This document shows, in pieces, positions 1 to 14,536 of a stretch of DNA of 64,000 bases. The stretch spans positions 1 through 64,000 of the forward strand of contig JABANN010000047.1 of assembly GCA_013115125.1 (NCBI GenBank), read 5' to 3'. The stretch is from Perkinsus olseni. Its lineage: Eukaryota. A program made the position numbers and the translations under genes. How positions within the stretch are numbered: the first letter of the stretch is position 1; every line of letters begins with the position of its first letter. The notes under the pieces were generated by a model. It was not told the DNA's origin. It ran no database searches and saw only the letters and a program-made list of their open reading frames with translations.

Positions 1-1
1 G

Positions 2-33
<32 letters not shown>

Positions 34-34
34 G
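1..34. repeat. (GTT)n microsatellite, truncated by window start
   Basis: Direct reading of GTT repeats. Confidence 0.95.
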
Positions 35-508
35 AGACATCAGCAAATTGGCGGATAGGGTTGCCGTTGCCGTTGCCGTAGCCTATAGGCTATAGGATTC
101 ACGCCAAATAGGCTTCTGAATGGTATAGTCGTTGTTGAGAATCTCCACCCGAAGCTTCAACGGCTGCAAAATGATCGGTTCGTCATCCCGGATGACTCAT
201 CCGTGACGAACGCCTTTGGTGCAAAAGACTCAATTCGACTGTCTCATTTCCACTGCGTCAGTCATGGGGCTTTGAAAACTCCTCATCGCGTACACACGCC
301 TAGTTCCCCTCGAAAGCATGAAATTCCCTTCGCACTGCCCTACGCCTTTGGAGGTTCGTTCTGTGTTCAGTGTCTTGGACACATCCACTGCAAAACAACG
401 CATCTCAAAAGATTGAGATCGAGAAGATAGCGTTATGAGACGGGAGAATCTCAAATTGCGCCGCGGGCATCCTCCCGCTTTACGGCGCGGTTGTCTGGGG
501 CGCTGGAC

Positions 509-3465
509 TTAGCCGAAACGTTGTACGGCACCGTACGTACCGAGAACAATCATTGGTATACACCAGACTAAAATTATAGCAATGATAAGACTTTCCATCT
601 TATGACTTTTGACGTAGACGAAGAAAGAACCTGACTGGGAATTGAACCAGCAACCTCTCGATAGCAACCACCGCTCACCAGCGTTCATCTGCTGTACTCT
701 GACGTAGTAAATACACGGCATCATAGCGACCATGAATACCATCGTAATGGAGCCTACTAGATCCAGCAGACTTGATAAGTTGGGGACAGCCACGGCAATG
801 ATGGCCGTGAAGATGATGCACCCCACACGTGCCAAAAAACGTCGGAACAAAGCCGAACGAGAATCATCATCAACACGAATCCTGCAGACATATTCCACTG
901 AAGAGACGATCGGCAGCAACAATACCTGAACCAACGCGATAACAGCCTTTCCTGGGTAGTGAAGGTTGTTGGCTCACCACATAATGGGGGACGCAAGTCA
1001 ATAGTATAGCGACTATCGTGATGTACGACCAGACCCCGGATACGGCCAAGCCTGGTGGGACTATTGAATCCAAAATGGGGTGCTCAATGAGCTTCCTGCC
1101 GTAACCGTAGTAGCCACAGACTCCTATGGCTGTGTAACTGAACAGGGACGGGCAAGGGCCTGAGCCTCGTGCGTCCGATTGTGGTAGTCCGACTGGAGAA
1201 AGCGCAGATCTTATCAAATACGCATGATTTGGCAACCAAACTTTCACGCAATGAGGCTGGCTCACCCTGGCTGAGCAGAGGTGAAATGTCAATAAATAAT
1301 TTTTAACGACATATTGATCGCCGTTTCACTTCTAGAGCGCGCGAGTGTACTGAACCCATCGCGTGCTGTCCAGATTCTGTAGTTTTACTCGACTTTCTTG
1401 CATCAAGGGTCGCGGAAAACTACTCTCAACTGAAGCTCGTGCGTCTGCTGGCTCTAGGGGAGCCAAAACATTCTGGAGACTAAGACACATTCTAAGGCAG
1501 ACTTTTCTCTCGGATGTACTTTTCGAAATGTCGAATATCCCCTGTGAGCAAAGCTTCCTCGCCCTTAACGACAGTTCGGCAGCTTACATAGCGTAAATAA
1601 TAACATAGGCCACTCTGGAGACCCGTACGAAATGTTTTGGTTTGGCCATATCTCGCACCAGCGTAGCGGCAGAGTTGGTGGTGTTGTAGGCCAAAATACA
1701 AACACCAAAGTTCGTGGCCAGCCTCGTGACATCCGTCACGAAAATGTCGTAAGCTATCTCCTCGTGGGTTGTCAACTGAAAAGTCACCTCGAGCCGACCT
1801 GACTATCCCACAGCATCGAATATTCCTCAATAAACAAAATTCTGACGGAGTTGACCATCACAGAGCATCTAGGAGCATCTAGGAGCACTACAAGCGTTAC
1901 ATGAGATCTTGACTCTCCTCGGTCACCGAAGGAATGCTATGGCAGCGAATATTGTCGTGATAAATACTATCACAGCGGAATCTAGGGCCAAGATAATCCT
2001 GTTCTTTCCACGATGCCCGAAATGGCAATGAGACAACTGCACCCTCTAATGACTTACCCCAACCATGAGGCCATTGGCGCTGACCACGGCAAACAGGGTT
2101 AGGATGGACACCATACCAATGGCGGCGACATAGGATACTTCATGCATCGTACGAAGGAAGGTGAAGGGGATAAAGAATACAGCCCAGATGACAATCCAAA
2201 TACGTTGGGATATTGATGGTACCAATTTAGTAGTATTCTCGCCCAATAACACCAACAACGATGCACAGAGTCCGGACATCGTCAGGTGCACAACCATGGC
2301 TGTGAAGATCCAACCTGAGGCACAGGTTCAATTCCCGGGATCGGCAAAACCAACGTCCGCACAACCACAAACACTCCGCCAGGCTTTACTCGAGACCAGA
2401 CCTTCGATGAACGCGATCAGAAAAGCATCGTTGGAAAAATGCCACGAATCCAACGCCCAAGTCCGCAACATCCAAAAAGAAGGTCTCCCCAATATAGCGA
2501 GTATCCGCTCGAAGCGGCCACTGGTTTTAACAGCGGCGGAAGGTGAAAATTACCTGTCCGACGAACTAGACCACCACATCCACCACAAGAATGCTGAGGA
2601 CGACACACAATTCGAACGAATGCAGCGGCGTGTAAGTCAACTATAGGTAGATGTCTAGCAACTCTAGCGAAGAGCCACAATGACATAACCCCCTCGAAAC
2701 CTATCCTCCGCGCACCCGAGCAGCTAGTCGGAACCCTCAGCGTCCAGGCCCGGCTGGCGAGAGCACATTTCCTCAAAGGCCGCACGTGGTCGGCATCATT
2801 TCCGAATGACGGCAGACCGACGAGGCGCTGACCTGCTTTTCCGAAACAGACTCCGCCCAGGTCCTCGTAAGTGTAGACCGGACCCTTCGACGGCGGAGTC
2901 AATGCGATACCGAGGTACTGCCGGGTCAACGCGAATGACGCGAATAAGGCACCCAGGGTTATAACCAGGACCCCACCCAGCCAACCACAGCTGGCAAATA
3001 CCGTCGGCAGCATAACTACACCTAGACCTGAACACGGGTAAAGATAGACTAGCAATGCTGGGCGGACTGACACATGTGCATGGGCAGCACATGAGCTAAT
3101 GGCCGGTCCGCCCAGTGCCGCCATTATGACAGGATGGCAATCACCGAGGGAATGAATGTGAACTGGAGGTTTGAGGCCCCCAAATTGAGGGGTACTCGAG
3201 GATTGCAGTTCAATATTGATACGGCGAATCAAGGAGTGGCCCCTGCAGATTTCCAGCAGACAACCGCGTCGTAAAAGAAGCGACGCCACATCGAGAGAAC
3301 GAATTCACCCCGGCGATCACAGCATAATGAGCCTAACTGTCACGATGTACCCTACAGTAACTTACCAATAGCTGACAATGTAAGACTCAGCACAGCTCTT
3401 ATATCCGAGCATTTGCCATGGACATAGTCTTGTTGAGGTAACTTCTCCGACGAAGTACGCTCCAT
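509..3465 (-). CDS. AAAP/Aa_trans-family amino acid transporter, copy 1 (multi-exon, expanded introns)
   Basis: Exons MERTSSEK...GKCSDIRAVLSLTLSAIG | GLGVVMLPTVFASCGWLGG...YTYEDLG | LRTMHEVSYVA | DMAKPKHF | VAVPNLSSLLDLVGS...MMPCIYY, joined by GT-AG introns. Confidence 0.88.
1175..1385 (+). repeat. Dispersed repeat fragment inside an intron of transporter copy 1
   Basis: Aligns by eye to 57215-57412 (GCAACCAAACTTTC...CAATGAGGCTG, CCGTTTCACTTCTAG, CCCATCGCGTGCTGTC). Confidence 0.75.
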
Positions 3466-3715
3466 CGTTACACCATCAGTTGTTGACGCCGAGTTGGAAA
3501 TGAATGGAAGAAAGATATCTTACAGACTTTTCACTATTATCAAACACACTCAACCTTAGTCTAATCGGAAACGTATTAATCAATTAACGAAAATTGAAAC
3601 TTTCTACGATTCCTTTGAGTACTTCGGAGAGCGTAAAGCTCGTACGACGTAGGCCACCGTCTTCATCAGTCGAGAGAATCATCGTGAAAACGTGGTGGAA
3701 CTATGCCGACTTGGA

Positions 3716-6544
3716 TTATATAAAATTCTGGATTGCTCCGTACGTGCCGATGACTATCATCGGCAAACACCAAACTAGCACTAACGCTACCAAGAAGAAC
3801 TCCACCCTGTGACTAGAAACGTACTTCCGTAAAGAACCTGAATCAACCAAAGATTCCCACACAAGTGCGGACGCCCCTTCGGTCCTACGCTGCCGCAGCT
3901 GCTGAATACGACAGTAATAGACACACGGCATGACAGCCACCATCAACACCATCGTGAAAGAGCCGAGGATGTCCAGCAGGCTTGAGAGGTTGGGGACGAG
4001 CACTGCGATAAAAACCGTGAAAAGTATGATCGTAACCCTGACCGCGAAGCGCTTAATATGAGCGGGCAGACGATCATCATTGACATCAACTTTGCATACG
4101 TACTCGGCAGAGGCCATAATCGGTAGGATGATGACCTGAGGAGGAACCCATCGATTCTGGCCTGTCAGACCAATGTACCGGTAACGGCATTTATGACAAT
4201 CTGGTCGACACAAAGTCGTTGTAATTTATCGCGTGTCTCTAGTCTCCACGACTGTGTTCTGGTATCTTCTAGCGTCAAGATAGTGAACTTGGTCCACCAA
4301 TAATTGTTATTGAAGTTGCTGACGTCATTAGCATTGCTTTGGCTCTTCTGTGGTATCTACTTTATCCTCAAGTTCATCACCTAGAACCTTTGTATAATTC
4401 AACAGCAAAGAGTCTTGAGCTGTTTTAATTCCCTCATACCGACAGAACGACCTATACTCCAATACTCGACTTGCTGCTGCTCGACAGCAACACTCTGAGG
4501 CTGAGTAGCTCTCAAGTAGTCGGTAGCCATATACACCATTGATGTATTCCACTGTGATGAAGCTCCACGACATCCTAGCCGTGCAACATGTGTCAGAAAA
4601 TCACTGGATATAATAAGAGCGAGATAAGTCGCAACTAACAACCTTTAAAATCGGTATCTACATTCTCTATAAGCCAACCAGTGTACGAATTCGCAAGCAA
4701 TTGTGGAGCCCCGACATACGCTACAACCGAGCCGTAGTTCTTGCCCTGTTGTGACCAGCAATCCCCAGCCTACCTGATAATGAGGTACGCTGGAGCATAC
4801 GATTGCCACTAGAGTGACGTAGGCCCAGACGTCCGCCTTGAACATGTTCTGTGGCACTAGTTCGTCCAGGATGGTGTGATCTCTCAAAGATCTACCATAA
4901 CCGAGGTAGCCACATATGCCAATCGAAATGTATCTACCCGAGGAGAATTCATCTATTCACAAAAACTGCCTTGCCATGAAGACCTCGGGGTCTTCATAGC
5001 AACGGCGAGTGGTTCTCACAAGACCATGCCTTGCGAGGAGGGAGGCGTTTTTCTTACACTGTGTAGATGAGGACGTAGGCCCATCTCGATACCGCCACGA
5101 AATGGGTCGGCTTGGCCATGTCCCTCACGAGAGTTGCGACAGAGTTGGTAACGTTAAAGGAGAGGACGCAAACGCCGAAGCTCGTGGCGAGCCTCAGGAC
5201 GTTAGGCTCGAAAACACTATACTCTATTGGAGTCTCGGACACCACCTACCGTAAGGAGAAAAATGCCGTCACCGAGGATCGAACCCGTCACCTCTCACCT
5301 TATGATGAATCCCATTGGCACTGATGACCAGAAACAGGCCGAGGATGGACACCATGCCGATGGCCGCAACATAAGAGACCTCATGCATGGTACGCAGGAA
5401 AGTGAAAGGTACGAAGAACACCCCCCACAGGGTGATCCACACCCGATCGCTCAGCACGGGCAGCAGCTTGGCAGTATTACCACCAAGAATGACCAGTAGA
5501 GACGCGCACGCCCCGGCCATTGTCACATGAACGACAAGACCGGTGAAAACTCGACCTAACACAGAGGATGACCGTAATCAGGATATCAGCTCAACGGCTG
5601 TTTCGATCACTAGAATCGCGAGCTACTTTTGGTGGAAGTCGGCCAGTTCGCTCATCCAGAGGCTATTTAGGGCAGACTACATTCCACAGGGACGTACGCG
5701 TACGCATGTACTGGGAACCGGACGGAAGCAACCGGCTCGAGACTCCGATGGAAGAGGAGACCCGATCGGGGGAAACCTCGCACAGCTATGCTGAGCCGTA
5801 TAAAATTGAGCGCTCGAACTGACCACTACAGTTCTCAAGCAGGGAAGGAAATAGCGAACTCCACGAGCGTGAGTCGCATCCATCGAACCGTAATCTCCCG
5901 CCGATCGAATACCACCTGCACTTACCAACTGTGCCGAAGCAAGCCTTGCCGAGGTCCTCGTAGGTGTAGATCGGACCCTTTGGGGTAAGGGCAATGCCCA
6001 TGTACAGCTTGGAGACGGCAAAACCAGCAAAGAGGACACCGAGGGTGAGGACGAAGGCCCCACCGACCCACCCACAGGAGGCGAATACTGTTGGCAGCAT
6101 CACCACACCCAGGCCTAAGAAAGGGCCGCTCTCCAATTCTATTGAGTATATTCGGTCGATCCTTGATTGCTCTGATAAGAAGCTGAGCTAAAGCCAAGTG
6201 GCGGACGACAAGAAGACAGCAGATATAAGATTGGTTTCCAGCCGCCAAAACCCCGGTGTTCTGAATCACTCGGTTTCTAACAATCCGCCACATAGAGGCA
6301 ACATCGCCGACTTATACCGGCAGCGAAGATGAGTGCACTAACTGATCAGGCAGCTGATTCTGAGCCCACTGCTGTACCGAAGTAAAGCTGTTGAGGAAGG
6401 AGAAGAACTGATAACGAACTTACCAACAGCGGACAGGGCGAGGCTAAGAACAGCTCTGATATCTGAGCATCGTCCGACGTGCAGGCTACTGTAGTCGGTG
6501 ACCACACCCTTGAAAGAGTCTGCGGAAGCAGACCCTTTGGCCAT
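3716..6544 (-). CDS. AAAP/Aa_trans-family amino acid transporter, copy 2 (multi-exon)
   Basis: MAKGSAS...GRCSDIRAVLSLALSAVG, GVVMLPTVFASCGW, FLRTMHEVSY, DMAKPTHF, VPNLSSLLDILGS; same exon order as copy 1. Confidence 0.88.
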
Positions 6545-7023
6545 CTCTGGAAAATTAATCTCGGGCATACTGAGAAGACAATCACACAACTCAACCGTTG
6601 AGCAACCAAGTGTTCCTCCTATCGACCACCCAGCGAACGACACCACATTCGTAAGCCTTAATACTTCCTAAAAGCGAGTATTTTTCAGAGCGATTTCGAA
6701 ATACAAGACCACGAACTTTCGATTTGCTGATACCATAAATTTCACAACTCCCAGCGTTGTCAATGAACACTCAACACAAGAGTCGAGACTTCTCTTGAAA
6801 AGTAGTAACTAAGAACAACAGCTATTCAAACATCGTGTATCGGACAGAGACAACGATCTAGTCGCTGGAAATTATAGTAAGCCGATGAAAGTAATACCAA
6901 CTTTTTAGAAAATCTATCTATGAATAACAACACTAACAGTCACGCATGGCACCCGCCACAACAGCTACTCGTTGGTAGTAAAGAGAACGACACTTGAACA
7001 GAAAATACGTAACACAGGATGAA

Positions 7024-8652
7024 CTAACCGAAGTTCTTGATGGCACCATAAGAGCCCACAGCGATCATCGGAACGCACCACGTCAAAACAGCGAAGATGA
7101 AGCACGTTTCCACCTTGTGAGCTTTCACGTACGCCTTGAAGGAACCTGACAATGGCAACCATTCGAGAGAGAATCTTCCACTCCGCCACCAGAGACACTT
7201 ACCGAGCACAGTCTGCTGCATTCGCATGTAATATATACAGGGCATCATAGCGACCATAAAGACCATTGTGAAGGAACCGAGGATGTCGAGCAGACTGGAG
7301 ATGTTGGGAACGGAAACCGCTATTATAGTTGTGAAGATGATACAGGCAAGACGAGCCAGGAATCTTTTGATGCCCGCCTTGCGGGAGTTATCATCAACAT
7401 CGATGTTCAATACGTACTCGAGAGAGGAGGCAATCGGAAGCAAAAGTACCTGAATAATAACAAATGGTGTTCGACATCAACCTATTCTGTATCTTGCAAG
7501 GTCAACCACTAAGATACTTACCACATAATGAGGCACGCTAGACATGACGATTGCGATCAGAGTAACGTAGGCCCATGCTCCGGAAACAGGCTCGTTCGGC
7601 GGGACGATAGAATCCATGATCGGATGGTCTCTCAACGAGCGACCGTACCCGAAGTAACCACAAACACCAATACCGAAATAGACGGTAAAAATGATACCGT
7701 ACGCCCATCTCGAAACCGCTACGAAATGGGTCGGCTTGGCCATGTCCCTCACGAGAGTTGCGACAGAGTTGGTAACGTTAAAGGAGAGGATGCAAACGCC
7801 GAAGTTGGTCGCAATTTCGATGAAGTCCGGAACGAAAATATCATACACGATTGGCTCATCGGAAGTTATCTGAGAACGACCAGCATGAACAAAAGATACG
7901 CGTTAACCATTAGAGCCTACCCCAACCATGAGGCCATTGGCGCTGACCACGGCAAACAGGGTTAGGATGGACACCATACCAATGGCGGCGACATAGGATA
8001 CTTCATGCATCGTACGTAGGAAGGTGAAGGGTATAAAGAATACAGCCCAGATGACAATCCAAATACGTTGGGATATCGATGGTACCAATTTAGTAGTATT
8101 CTCGCCCAATAACACCAACAACGATGCACAGATACCCGACATAGTGACATGAACAATAAGGGCTGTCAACGCACGACCTGAGCAAACGAAGATATACTCT
8201 AAACCCGGTCCATCGAAAAGTTCAGCTTACCCCATTTTCCGTAGCATGCTCTGCCGAGGTCCTCATAGGTGTAGACGTGCCCTTTCTCCTTTGGGGTAAG
8301 GGCAATACCCATGTAGAGCTTGGAGACGGCAAAGCCAGCAAAGAGGACACCAAGGGTGAGGACGAAGGCGCCACCGACCCACCCACAGGAGGCGAATACT
8401 GTTGGCAGCATCACCACACCCATACCTGCACAAGGGGCCACTCAAGTGAAAGCAACGAGGGCGGTCTTGACGCTTACCAATAGCGGAGAGAACTATGCTG
8501 AAGACGCCTCGGATATCCGAGCACTTGCCGTGGTGCGCTGACGGGTCGACTTCCTCCTTGCTGATGTCATCGAAGCTTTTCACCTCTACCTCGGGCAGAT
8601 GATGGATACGTTTCAGCTCAACTTTGGCGGACTCTCCCTCGGTTATTGTCAT
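7024..8652 (-). CDS. AAAP/Aa_trans-family amino acid transporter, copy 3 (compact introns)
   Basis: MTITEGES...GKCSDIRGVFSIVLSAIG followed by the same motifs; short GT-AG introns. Confidence 0.92.
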
Positions 8653-10119
8653 TGTATAAGAAACAGTAACTGGTGGTAAGTAAGATACGCTGTAGCCACC
8701 CGACCCAGCCGGAAAATTTTATGCTACATCCTCATGGTCAATAGTTTCTGCACCACAGTACTGTTAGTCCGTTGGTATTTTCATGTTCGCTAGAGGATAC
8801 TCACTTGAGGAGAACACAAACGGAGCTAGAGAAAGATACTCGGATAGGATGGTGACACCAGCACCACCAGGAGAATCAAACCAACGTGTGCGAAATAGCG
8901 TTGAGAGTATGCAAGATTTGACAAGATTGCAAGATCGGTTTCTTTCGTGCACGCAGGCGTTCGTACGTCGGCTGTTCCTTTTTGCAGCAATGTTTTAGTA
9001 TGTGCGAAGACGCTCCAGAAAAAGCCACCCCTTCGGTTGGTCGGGTGAGGAGGATGATATCAGACATCGAAGATCGGCTGGCCAAGGAGGCCCGTGAGCT
9101 GCTGAGAGGCCGGTCGTCGTCTGTTGGTGACGATGATGATGATCAGCGACCAGAGAATGGGTGATGTACCTGCGGGAATGCCTGCATCGCAAAGGGGTGT
9201 CGGTGAACATTATGGGGGAATGAGGCTGATCGAGGCGACGAGTAGTGGCGAAAAATGCTCATAGTGTCGGAGGATGGTCAGCTTCGAGTGAACTCTTTGC
9301 AGCAATGATCGTCGATGAACCGGTCAAACAGATCGTAGAATGAAAATTCACCGCTAAATTTTTTGTTCATACATCTGAAAATAAATTAGATCCATGGTCC
9401 ACGGCGCGAGTCGGTAATGATATACGTATGTTGCCCGCTGATGGCATAACCGAGTTGGTTGGGGGGCCGAGTTGCGGTCCTTACAGATACTCTTTAGAGA
9501 AGAAGATTGACGCCTTCAATGGCGAAGGGCCCTCGGAAGCCGATGAAGATGGGAGGGATTTTTCTACCGCAATCTCGTCGACTGAGGATCCGAACCCTCC
9601 TACCGAGTGCACTGACGAAATTTCGGAGAGAGAGTTGCATGGTAAACGATTGATCGACACTTTAGTTGAGCGAACATATGTAGGGCAACGTAATGAATGC
9701 AGCATTTGACTAAGAGTTTCGCAGATATCACACGACATTCGAAGACGGGAGGGACATCTCCGAACGCCGGAGTCTGGAAAGTGATCAAAATCCACTGCCC
9801 TCCACACCTCGTAAAATGTTATGCCCTTCAGAAGACAGAACGAGGCTCAGTCGGCGAGGAATTCTATCGGTGATCGCAGCCGTAGCGGGATCGAAGTACG
9901 CCGGGAAAAGGTAAGCCTCGAGGAAGGGGAAGGAGTCGAGTATGGCGGCGACTGGTGGCCATCGGACTAATCTGCTGGAGGATGGGCTCTGGTCTTCAGT
10001 TGCATATGCAACGGATTCGCAAACTCAGCGACGAAGTCTCAGAGTGCACTTTCACACCGAAGGTGAGCTCTCAAGTGGAGTATAATCGAATTTGCCGGAG
10101 CCTCTGAGTTTGGTATAAG

Positions 10120-10193
10120 TACTGGTACCGAGAATCGAACTCGGGACCTACTGCGTGTTAGGCAGTCGTCATAACCGACTAGACCATTCCAGC
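10120..10193 (-). tRNA. tRNA-Val(AAC)
   Basis: GCTGGAA acceptor (one A-A mismatch), D arm TGGTCTAGTCGGTTATGAC, anticodon arm ACTGC-CTAACAC-GCAGT, T arm CCGAG-TTCGATT-CTCGG. Confidence 0.9.
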
Positions 10194-12055
10194 TGCCGAT
10201 CATGTCGACATGAGCGTCACTCGTCGGCATCGGAGACATCTGTCTACGGTTTGTGCTTCAGACTCTGGGTCGCCCCGAAAAACGGGCGGATTCCCCTGAC
10301 AGCCGTGGCTCTCGATGGGATTCACTTTACTTTGACGCAGAGCGCCGCACAGTGGAACGCTCGCTACAGTAGGCCGACGAGTGGAGTCTGTCCGTGCACA
10401 GCTTCGTATCCTGATAGGCTAGCAGTCGGGCAGGGAAGCGGATTGAAGGAGCGACCACCATCGAACAGACAATCCGTAAGATCTTAGTTTTCCGACTAGA
10501 CATCGACTCTCCCATTTGAATAATACATACATGATTCATCCCGAGATTCCATCATATGAGTCATATATAAGCATAAATGTCATTTGCATATCAAACTGGC
10601 ACACACAGTATACATAACATGATGAGCGGATGGAATCGGGGAACTCGGCATCTTTCGCTAAGTCAGTTCATTGGTTCCGTCTTTTTGCAGATCCCCGGGA
10701 GGCGTTCTGAGGAGTGGGATGAGAGTAGCGTGTACGGCAGACTGTACGGCGACGCGATGAAGCGGTTGCACGCTAGAATCGAGGGCTCTTCAACTGCCCC
10801 GCCTGATTCTTCTCATGACGCGGGGAGGCGTTCCTTCACTGAGCACATGGCTGATTCCATCATGCGTTTGTAATCTCCTCTAATGCCGTATGTAGATAGT
10901 GTTTCTTGACTCTAGTTCAACCAGTCGTTACGTACGAAGTTCATACTATGAACTGGGCTACAAACTTGTCTATATCGGACCCGACCAACTCATAATGCAA
11001 CAGTCACCGTCCAGTGAAAATGTTCAGACTGAACAGTTCAGTGAATGCACAGCGGCTACTTCCAAGTCAAGCCGCCTGCCCAGGCCCGCGCTCCACTCCT
11101 GCCGCTTATGATATAACGATGGTGAGGGCTTGATTGAGAGGGCGAAAGTTGTGTTGGCAGAAGGCATCTTACGGAAACACGGACCCCTACCTTATGGGAC
11201 TCCAGTGGAGTCACTCCACTTGACGCTCGCTCAACCCAAGGCTCGCTCGACCCAAAAACCCGAAAAACCGGTGGAGACCATCGACTAATAATAGCTAACC
11301 TACCAACACCTGGGCGAGGCTTGGGTGACGGTCGTAGGCGGATCCTACCAGGAGAAAAGAAAGCTTCCCTGGTTGAACGTACCCCTGAGAAAGCTTCTTG
11401 ACATTCTGTTTGATCGCACTGGATGTCAACGCAACAGAGAGTCTCCAACTGAGCGGCGAAGATCTAACTAAGCCGGGAGCGAGGTTGTGCTAGGGAGTCC
11501 CTAGTAGGGACTCGCACGCACCAAAAAAACCTGAAGTGCTCGGCATCGTCGACGGCGATTTGCCGTGGAACCGCTCGCCCGACTGTGAAACCGTTGACTG
11601 CGGGTACTGAGACTCTCCGGCTGCGAGTAGGTGCGGTCAACGCGACGAACCTGAAAGCAGTTAGAGTGACAAGGGGTGATACCGGCGGGTATATCTCATC
11701 TCATCCAGTATAATTACATCCATTGGGCTGCTCGCCCATCTCAACTCGCCCAGTATAAATCCGCCCATTCTATTTCCATCCAGTGCGGCAGTTTCGCTGT
11801 CCTCAGAGGGATTTTGAAACCGTGATGAATGAACTCGCCCAGTCTCATCACATCCATGGCCCGGATGAGATGAGACTTGGCGATGAAGGAATCCCGGACC
11901 AGGACTCGGATGAAGTTGCAACCCTGAGCATACAGTGGCTGCCGCTGTTATACGCGTGAGTAGCTTGGCGAATCATTTGGGAAGCACCTCAGTCAGAGAA
12001 GCGCTCGAAGCCCCGCTTGCTGCAAGAGTCTCGTCCACTTTGACTCCCCGTAGCT

Positions 12056-12706
12056 CTACACCATTTCAGACCTAATTAGTAGAACCCCAGAGCAAATTAG
12101 TGGAACCCCAGGGCAATTTAATAAAGCCCAGGCCAAATTAGTAAAACCCCAAAGCAATTTAGTCGGCACGCGAGACTCATCCGTCCCTCCTCCCGGCCTG
12201 GGAACTCCAGCCCTTGAGTGGCGGGAGAGGCGGTGGAACGAAGGCAGAGTACCTCCTGCAGTACTGTGAGAAGCTGCTTCAAAAAGGGGTTGAAGAGGTT
12301 ACTATGCAACTTTGTATACAATTTGCAACTTTGCTTCAATCAAGCCCAAACATTGTACCATTGTTGCTCAGCTATGTAAGGCATGCCAGTCGAAGCCCCA
12401 ATTCGAATGTTTAACGAATAAACTTCAACCCGCGATCTGTAGGATAACGAGGGCCTACTTCATGTAGGCTGACGCTGTGAGTTTTCCGTACTTCTTGGTG
12501 ATCTTGTTGGGCTCTACTAAATTGGTCTTTCATAAAATCAAATTGCTTTGGGGCTTTACTAATTTGCTCTGGGCTTTATTAAATTGCCTTGGGGTTTTAC
12601 TAACTTGGTCTGGGCTTTATTGAATTGCTCTGGGGTTTTACTAAGTAGGTATGTGCTTTATTGAATTGCTCTGGGGTTTTACTAAGTAGGTCTGGAAATG
12701 GTGTAG
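12056..12706 (+). mobile_element. Non-autonomous TIR element family A, copy 1 (probably Tc1/mariner-type, TA target)
   Basis: TIR CTACACCATTTC...GAAATGGTGTAG; arrays of ~20-nt subterminal repeats (AAATTAGTAAAACCCCAGAGC) inverted between the ends; second copy at 16261. Confidence 0.88.
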
Positions 12707-14089
12707 TAAGCGCAGCGCTGCAAGTCCTCAAGTGAGTGATATTCTGGACATCAGGTAGCTGAACGGTGGTGGAGTGCTAGCCTGGCATTGCTAGGGTATA
12801 ACACAATGCTCGGGATAATTGGCATTGTAAGCTCGTTCAAGGGTCTGCTCGATGAGAATTTGCATTTCTGGGTGTTCTCTAATGGATGATGAAATGAGCC
12901 GGATGAAATTGCACTGGATGGAATGGCCGTGGGCGAGATAAGAATGGGTGAATTGAGTGGCGAATGAAATTATACCGGATGAGATGGGTAACACCGGTCA
13001 GCAACAGCCCTCCCTGCTGCCTTATGCGGCATAAGTCATGCCAGAGGCTTCCGCGTTCGGCTGCGCAAAGCGGGTGCACGACCCCTACGCGCCGCGTAGT
13101 ACGTGGTGAAAAGCAAAATTGGTATAAATCAAAACTTCTATCAGATCTTTCACAAATCTTCTGCGCTAGGCGGCGCTTCGGCTTTGTACCCCTCTTAACT
13201 TGCTTTTGGCTTGGATTGTCCAGGCTGCATACGTGTGCAAATCGTGTACTCTTCCTGCACTGTAAGAATGAGGATATCGGAATATGAGATGACTGTAGAA
13301 CCCAACACGGAAGTTTAGGGGACACCAGATAGGTAAAAACCGTCGTACGGGATAATATCTACGAGGCATCATGAGCTACATCCGTCTCGTCTGTCTCATC
13401 AATCGCGTCTCATGTCACAAGCAGGATAAGAAGGACTATCCTCAATGTGCTCGGCAGCCGAGCACTTCGTGCTCCAGTAGATCAGGCCTGGCGATGGGTC
13501 AGGTCAGCTGGTTCAGGTGGTCCACTGAGCGTATGCTTTTCGTTCTCTGCGCGAAGTCGAGTTCAATTTTTCGCTCTCATTCTCTTCTCTCTTCGGGAGG
13601 TGCCAAGTTTGTGACTAGGTCATCTATTTATACATATACTGGAATTGCCTCCCGTAGACTATCTACGGTAGATAGCGAACAGGCTGTTCGGAACGGCAAG
13701 CATCACCAATCTAGCCTGCAATATAGTTGCCAGCATACGATATCACAGCGCAACGCGCTGAGCGCATCTGTTGGCCTAATCATCCGCCTCTTCCCACTCT
13801 CCCGGAGGGAAAGCAAACTATCATTCGCTTATCGAAGGTGCTGGCGTGCCGCAGCTAGTCGCCGGGTAATGCGAAAAACAAACCCGTTATGCTCCGTAGA
13901 CACTCAGCGAGACCGGCGTGAGCTCGAGAGGGTGAAAGCAATCATTCGGAAATAAAGTCGAATTGATAGGGCGAAAAGGCTGTTCGAAACTGCCTTTCGA
14001 ACAGCGAAACATGAACCGGGCGACTAGGCCGATGTATGAATCGCTTCGCCTTGTGCATGATGTGGATAACAAATCCACCGTGTCTCTCA

Positions 14090-14383
14090 GGGCCGCGACG
14101 CGCGACGAGACGGCCGAAAGACCTCCACCCACGTCTTGCCTGAGACGAGACGCTCACTCGCGTTGTCCTTGGCGGAATCTCCTGAATCCAGCTCTTCGTT
14201 CGCCGAGACTGAGATGATTGACGTCTTTGTCTGCTCATGCGCCCGTTGAATTCCGATGCGATGAAGCTTCTCTCCTTCCTGCCGCTCATAGCCGCATCAA
14301 GATCCGCAGGCGTTTCGGAGAGCTCGACTATCCTGTCGATCACTTCCAGTGATGCTTTGTTTCGTATCCGCCGTGTCTCGTAG
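14090..14383 (+). pseudogene. Tandem duplicate of the subtilisin upstream region and signal-peptide start
   Basis: Repeats 14383-14640; encodes MKLLSFLPLIAASRSAGVSESSTILSITSSDALF, then stops. Confidence 0.85.
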
Positions 14384-14536
14384 GCCGTGACGTGTGGCGA
14401 GATGGCCGAGTGACCTCCACATCTTGTCTGAGACGAGACGCTTACTCGCATAATCCTCGGCGGGAGTCTCCTCAATCCATCTCTTGGCCGAGACTGTGAT
14501 GGTTGCCGCTTTTTAGTTGTCTGTTCATTTGACTCG

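Noticed and set aside
8764-9900. Possible multi-exon gene on the plus strand
   Set aside because: No recognisable domain or consistent exon chain
12061-12170. Regularly spaced ~20-nt repeats resembling a CRISPR array
   Set aside because: No unique spacers; they are subterminal repeats of a TIR element in a eukaryotic context
10900-13900. Possible retrotransposon remnants flanking element A (CNFIR-like peptides twice)
   Set aside because: No RT, RNase H or integrase motif could be confirmed by eye
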